Part shown: piece by piece, positions 36,604 to 39,802 of the stretch
Layout: every line of letters starts with the position of its first letter
Numbering within the stretch: position 1 is the first letter of the stretch
Assembly: GCA_016840065.1 (NCBI GenBank)
Contig: JAEOTB010000088.1
Span: 1 to 39,802 of the forward strand
DNA: 39,802 nt
Source of the DNA: Candidatus Hermodarchaeota archaeon
Lineage (GTDB): Archaea; Asgardarchaeota; Hermodarchaeia; Hermodarchaeales; Hermodarchaeaceae
Direction of reading: 5' to 3'
Notes under the pieces: generated by a model
The model's input: the letters and a program-made list of their open reading frames with translations, nothing else
Told to the model about the DNA's origin: nothing
Database searches by the model: none
Translations under genes and position numbers: made by a program

Positions 36604-37602
36604 ATGCCCGAAATAATCGAATGGAAACGTATGCGAAAGAACGAAATCATCTTTCGCTGGCCAAACGATACAATCAAATGGGGTTCCCAGTGCCTCGTCC
36701 GCGAGAACCAGAACGCTATCTTCTTCCGAGATGGTAAGGCACTCGACGTGATGGGAGTTGGAAGACACACCATCACAACAGCCAATGTCCCGATTCTCAC
36801 AGGAATTCTACGACGCATCGCAGGATTCAGTAAATCCCCATTTACTGCGGAGGTCTTGTTTCTGAATTTCACCAAGTTTCAGGGTAAATTCGGCGGCAAG
36901 GGACAGACCAAGGACCTTGCTCCCCTGAAGTTCCATGGCGAGTTCTGGTTCGAAATTGAGGATGCCCAGATTTTCGCTAACGAAATCGTCGCTGGTCAGA
37001 ACTACACAACCCAGGATGTCACAGACTTCATTCGGTCAAAGTTCACAGAACTGGTCATTGACGAGCTTTCTGGTTACAAGCTTGTCGACACCATGACCAG
37101 GCTTGATGAAACCAGTATGAAGCTACACACCCGCCTAGAAGACAAGTTTCTAGAATATGGAATGAAGCTGTTAGACGTTGCCTTTGCTGGTGTCGATACT
37201 ACACCAGAGTACCGTGAGCGCCTCTTCTTCACTGCACAGGGTGTTTCTGGTGACGGTTTGCTCACTGCTGAAACTCTGCGACGTAGCGCTGAGGCTATGG
37301 GTCAGGGCGGCGGTGCGGCTAGTGCTGGTGCCAGTATCGTCTTGTTCCCGCAGATGATCGAGATGATGAGGACTTCACAGAAGCCAGCGGATTCGGGCGT
37401 CACACACGTAGCCTGTCCCCACTGTGGTGAAGCGGCACCCCTCAGTAAGGGTAAGCCGCCCAAGTTCTGCCCCAACTGTGGTAAACCGCTCAGAAAACCT
37501 GCCCAGCAGGCTGCTAAGGCGAAGAAATTCTGCCCCGAATGCGGCGCTGCTGTTAAGGGTAAGGGCAAGTTCTGCAGCGAGTGCGGTTCGAAACTTGAAT
37601 AG
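36604..37602 (+). CDS. SPFH (band 7, YdjI-like) domain protein with two C-terminal zinc ribbons
   Basis: IKWGSQCLVRENQNAIFFRDGKALD..G.GRHTITTANVPIL..SPFTAEV; C-terminal CPHCG..CPNCG and CPECG..CSECG. Confidence 0.88.
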   Translation: MPEIIEWKRMRKNEIIFRWPNDTIKWGSQCLVRENQNAIFFRDGKALDVMGVGRHTITTANVPILTGILRRIAGFSKSPFTAEVLFLNFTKFQGKFGGKGQTKDLAPLKFHGEFWFEIEDAQIFANEIVAGQNYTTQDVTDFIRSKFTELVIDELSGYKLVDTMTRLDETSMKLHTRLEDKFLEYGMKLLDVAFAGVDTTPEYRERLFFTAQGVSGDGLLTAETLRRSAEAMGQGGGAASAGASIVLFPQMIEMMRTSQKPADSGVTHVACPHCGEAAPLSKGKPPKFCPNCGKPLRKPAQQAAKAKKFCPECGAAVKGKGKFCSECGSKLE

Positions 37603-37845
37603 TGCTTGAGGGCGACTCGCCCTCCCACTCCTCTTTTTTCCTTGGATATGTGAGTGCAGTTTAGGTTAGTTTGCTCACTCTGTTGATGAAAGTCCACTTC
37701 GTTTAGGCATAGGATTCTTTCCAGCAGGATTGATTTTTCCTTTTCAACTAGGGAAAGTGGGATGTGTTTTCGGCTAGTGTATCGCAGGAAAGCGTTTTTA
37801 TCTACATCCTTTAATGGGTTGGCATTAATTCCGAGAAGGGTTTCT

Positions 37846-39802
37846 ATGAGAACAACTGTAATTCGTCTTCTCTTGTGTACTCTGATTCTACTTCCCCTCC
37901 TTCCAGCCTCACCCACATTCGCAACGAATGGTGCTGCACTTAACACAGCTATTGAGGTGCCTGAGTATGAGGTGGCAGAAGTTGTATCGGAAGGGGTGGA
38001 CACGACACCGCCAGCAATCAATCTAGGGCTGGCAAATTACACTTCTAATCATATTGAGAACAATGGCTTCGAATCATGGAGTAATGCTTATACTCCTGAG
38101 GAATGGAATAGTTTCGCCTCTGGAGACACATATACATGGTTTGCTCAATCCCCCCAGCCAGTTTATGAGGGATCCTATTCAATTGGTATGCAGTGTCGAA
38201 CACCCTATTATCGAGCTACTACGGCCCACTGGCGACAATATGGTCTCAGTGTCGACATGGGCAACCTGAACCTCACTTTTGAATATTACATAGACAAGAA
38301 TGATGATCCCGCCACTGACTATTTCTACCTCATGCTCTATCTCTATAATGGCAGCGATTCTTGGAGAATGTACTACTATTTGAATGGTACAACCTCTTCA
38401 ACTAATTCTAGTTCGAACGCTTACTTCCTATTGAATGAACCATCGCTTCAATGGAATCGTTTTTGCAGGAATATCACCGATGACTTTGTGAATGTTACAA
38501 CGTTTTCTGGTACTGTGGATTCTAATCTTCATCTCCAAGAAATACAGTTCTATGGGTATGCATCTGGAGACGCCGCTGATTATTTACGCACTTTCGTAGA
38601 TGATGTTTATGTTGTCAACGAGACAAACGCTTATGTTTGGATTGGTGGAGCGACAGAAGATGGGAACTTTGAAAGTGGCGTTATTGATCCTTGGTGGCGT
38701 TCGGGTAGCTATGACGCTGCAAGCCTATACCAGAGCAGCGAAGTTCATGGCGGTAGCTGGGGTCTAAACATCACTGCAATCTCATCCGGAAACGATAGTT
38801 ACACTTACGCCTATAGCACAACTAAAACAAGGCTGACCAGTCAAAACCAAGGAATCCTTAGCTTTTGGTGGAACCTCAGCTATCAGAATGCTGACCAAGA
38901 TAGCTTTTCCTTTGTCTATCTGCAGTGCACGAATGGTATAACTAGCTTGTATCTCTATTACTTCTTGGGATATGGTGGAACGAGCTTCCCGCGAAGTAAT
39001 TCCTCGCCGTCTTTGCTTGTCTATAGAGCAGATAGCTTCAATGATACTAGTGGGTGGAACCATTTTCAGAGAAACATCTGGAACGATGCAGCGTCCTTCT
39101 TCGGTACTGATGAAATACTCGTTGAGAGTGTTCGGTTTGAATCGGATGCTGGTAGTGCGGGTTCAGTTACGACCAGCTTAATTGACGATGTTTCCTTGGT
39201 TGCTCGGGCAATCAATGACGGCAACTACGAGGACCAGCGAGGGGCTGGTACCAATATCCGGGGTTGGGATGTCGAGAACTCTTATTTCACGGTGACAGAC
39301 ATCTATTGTGTCTCAGGCAGCAAAGCAGCCAACCTTACTGTACCCACAGGAGAGTCGTGGACTAGAGAACAGCCTCTTCAAGGGCGCCCACTAAATGGCA
39401 CCCGGGAAACATACCTGGATGTCATGTGGCGGCTTGAGAATTATACTGCCCCTGACGAAGTCTGTTTAGAGGTTGTACTAGATGATGGTAAAGTGATGAG
39501 GTACTATATGGCTGCCACTACTCTGCCCGCGAATGGTACAACTGCTTACTTTAACGAGACTGGTGTCGGAACAACTAGCACTTGGATGACAATGCACAGA
39601 GATTTGAACCATGACTATCTAGCCGCCTTTGGTGGTTTACCCAACACAAAGATAGAATCAATCTTCCTGCGTGATACAAGTACAAGCGGTGGACAGCTAC
39701 AGCTCATACTTGATGATCTCTACCTCTACGACGATAATGCACCCTATGTTACAAATGTTGGTCATACTGTTGCCACTCATGACCAGCAAGTCAATGTGAC
39801 AG
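37846..39802 (+). CDS. Large secreted/surface glycoprotein with three CBM-like jelly-roll repeats; 3'-truncated by window end
   Basis: Manual translation is open from ATG 37846 to the end (652 codons). It has a signal peptide MRTTVIRLLLCTLILLPLL, repeats opening NNGFE/DGNFE/DGNYE and closing VDDV/IDDV/LDDL, and many N-x-S/T sequons. Confidence 0.85.
   Translation, partial: MRTTVIRLLLCTLILLPLLPASPTFATNGAALNTAIEVPEYEVAEVVSEGVDTTPPAINLGLANYTSNHIENNGFESWSNAYTPEEWNSFASGDTYTWFAQSPQPVYEGSYSIGMQCRTPYYRATTAHWRQYGLSVDMGNLNLTFEYYIDKNDDPATDYFYLMLYLYNGSDSWRMYYYLNGTTSSTNSSSNAYFLLNEPSLQWNRFCRNITDDFVNVTTFSGTVDSNLHLQEIQFYGYASGDAADYLRTFVDDVYVVNETNAYVWIGGATEDGNFESGVIDPWWRSGSYDAASLYQSSEVHGGSWGLNITAISSGNDSYTYAYSTTKTRLTSQNQGILSFWWNLSYQNADQDSFSFVYLQCTNGITSLYLYYFLGYGGTSFPRSNSSPSLLVYRADSFNDTSGWNHFQRNIWNDAASFFGTDEILVESVRFESDAGSAGSVTTSLIDDVSLVARAINDGNYEDQRGAGTNIRGWDVENSYFTVTDIYCVSGSKAANLTVPTGESWTREQPLQGRPLNGTRETYLDVMWRLENYTAPDEVCLEVVLDDGKVMRYYMAATTLPANGTTAYFNETGVGTTSTWMTMHRDLNHDYLAAFGGLPNTKIESIFLRDTSTSGGQLQLILDDLYLYDDNAPYVTNVGHTVATHDQQVNVT

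Noticed and set aside
37302-38021. 239-aa minus-strand ORF
   Set aside because: It overlaps the SPFH gene and the secreted protein gene antisense, and has no recognisable motif.

Overview
Gene-dense archaeal chromosomal segment. F420/H4MPT enzyme Mtd, A/V-type ATPase subunits, archaeal TrmI and NcsA, and GAGGTG/GGAGG ribosome-binding sites support this. An Asgard-type lineage is a plausible but unproven guess. Contents: A/V-ATPase subunit C (5'-truncated) and an atpI-atpK-atpK operon; tRNA enzymes and CysRS; a split complex-I-like/group 4 hydrogenase cluster (J1-J2-K-L-M-N and A-B-C) interrupted by a split mobB; mtd, an FrhB/FpoF-like gene and hypD; an SCP2-ADH-AOR cluster; an SPFH/zinc-ribbon membrane module; and a large secreted glycoprotein that runs off the window and is missing from the ORF track. 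The standout is the ATPase rotor. It is encoded by two concatemeric proteolipids, one with 7 hairpins and one with 3 hairpins fused behind a signal peptide and a ~290-aa heavily N-glycosylated extracellular domain. All 10 hairpins keep the ion-carrying Glu and lie on an exact 228-nt period within each gene. This suggests a two-chain (7+3) c10 ring carrying an external rotating domain. The partner subunit I is also remodelled. A 51-codon zinc-finger ORF with an in-frame TGA was found outside the ORF track. No rRNA, tRNA, CRISPR or mobile element was recognised.
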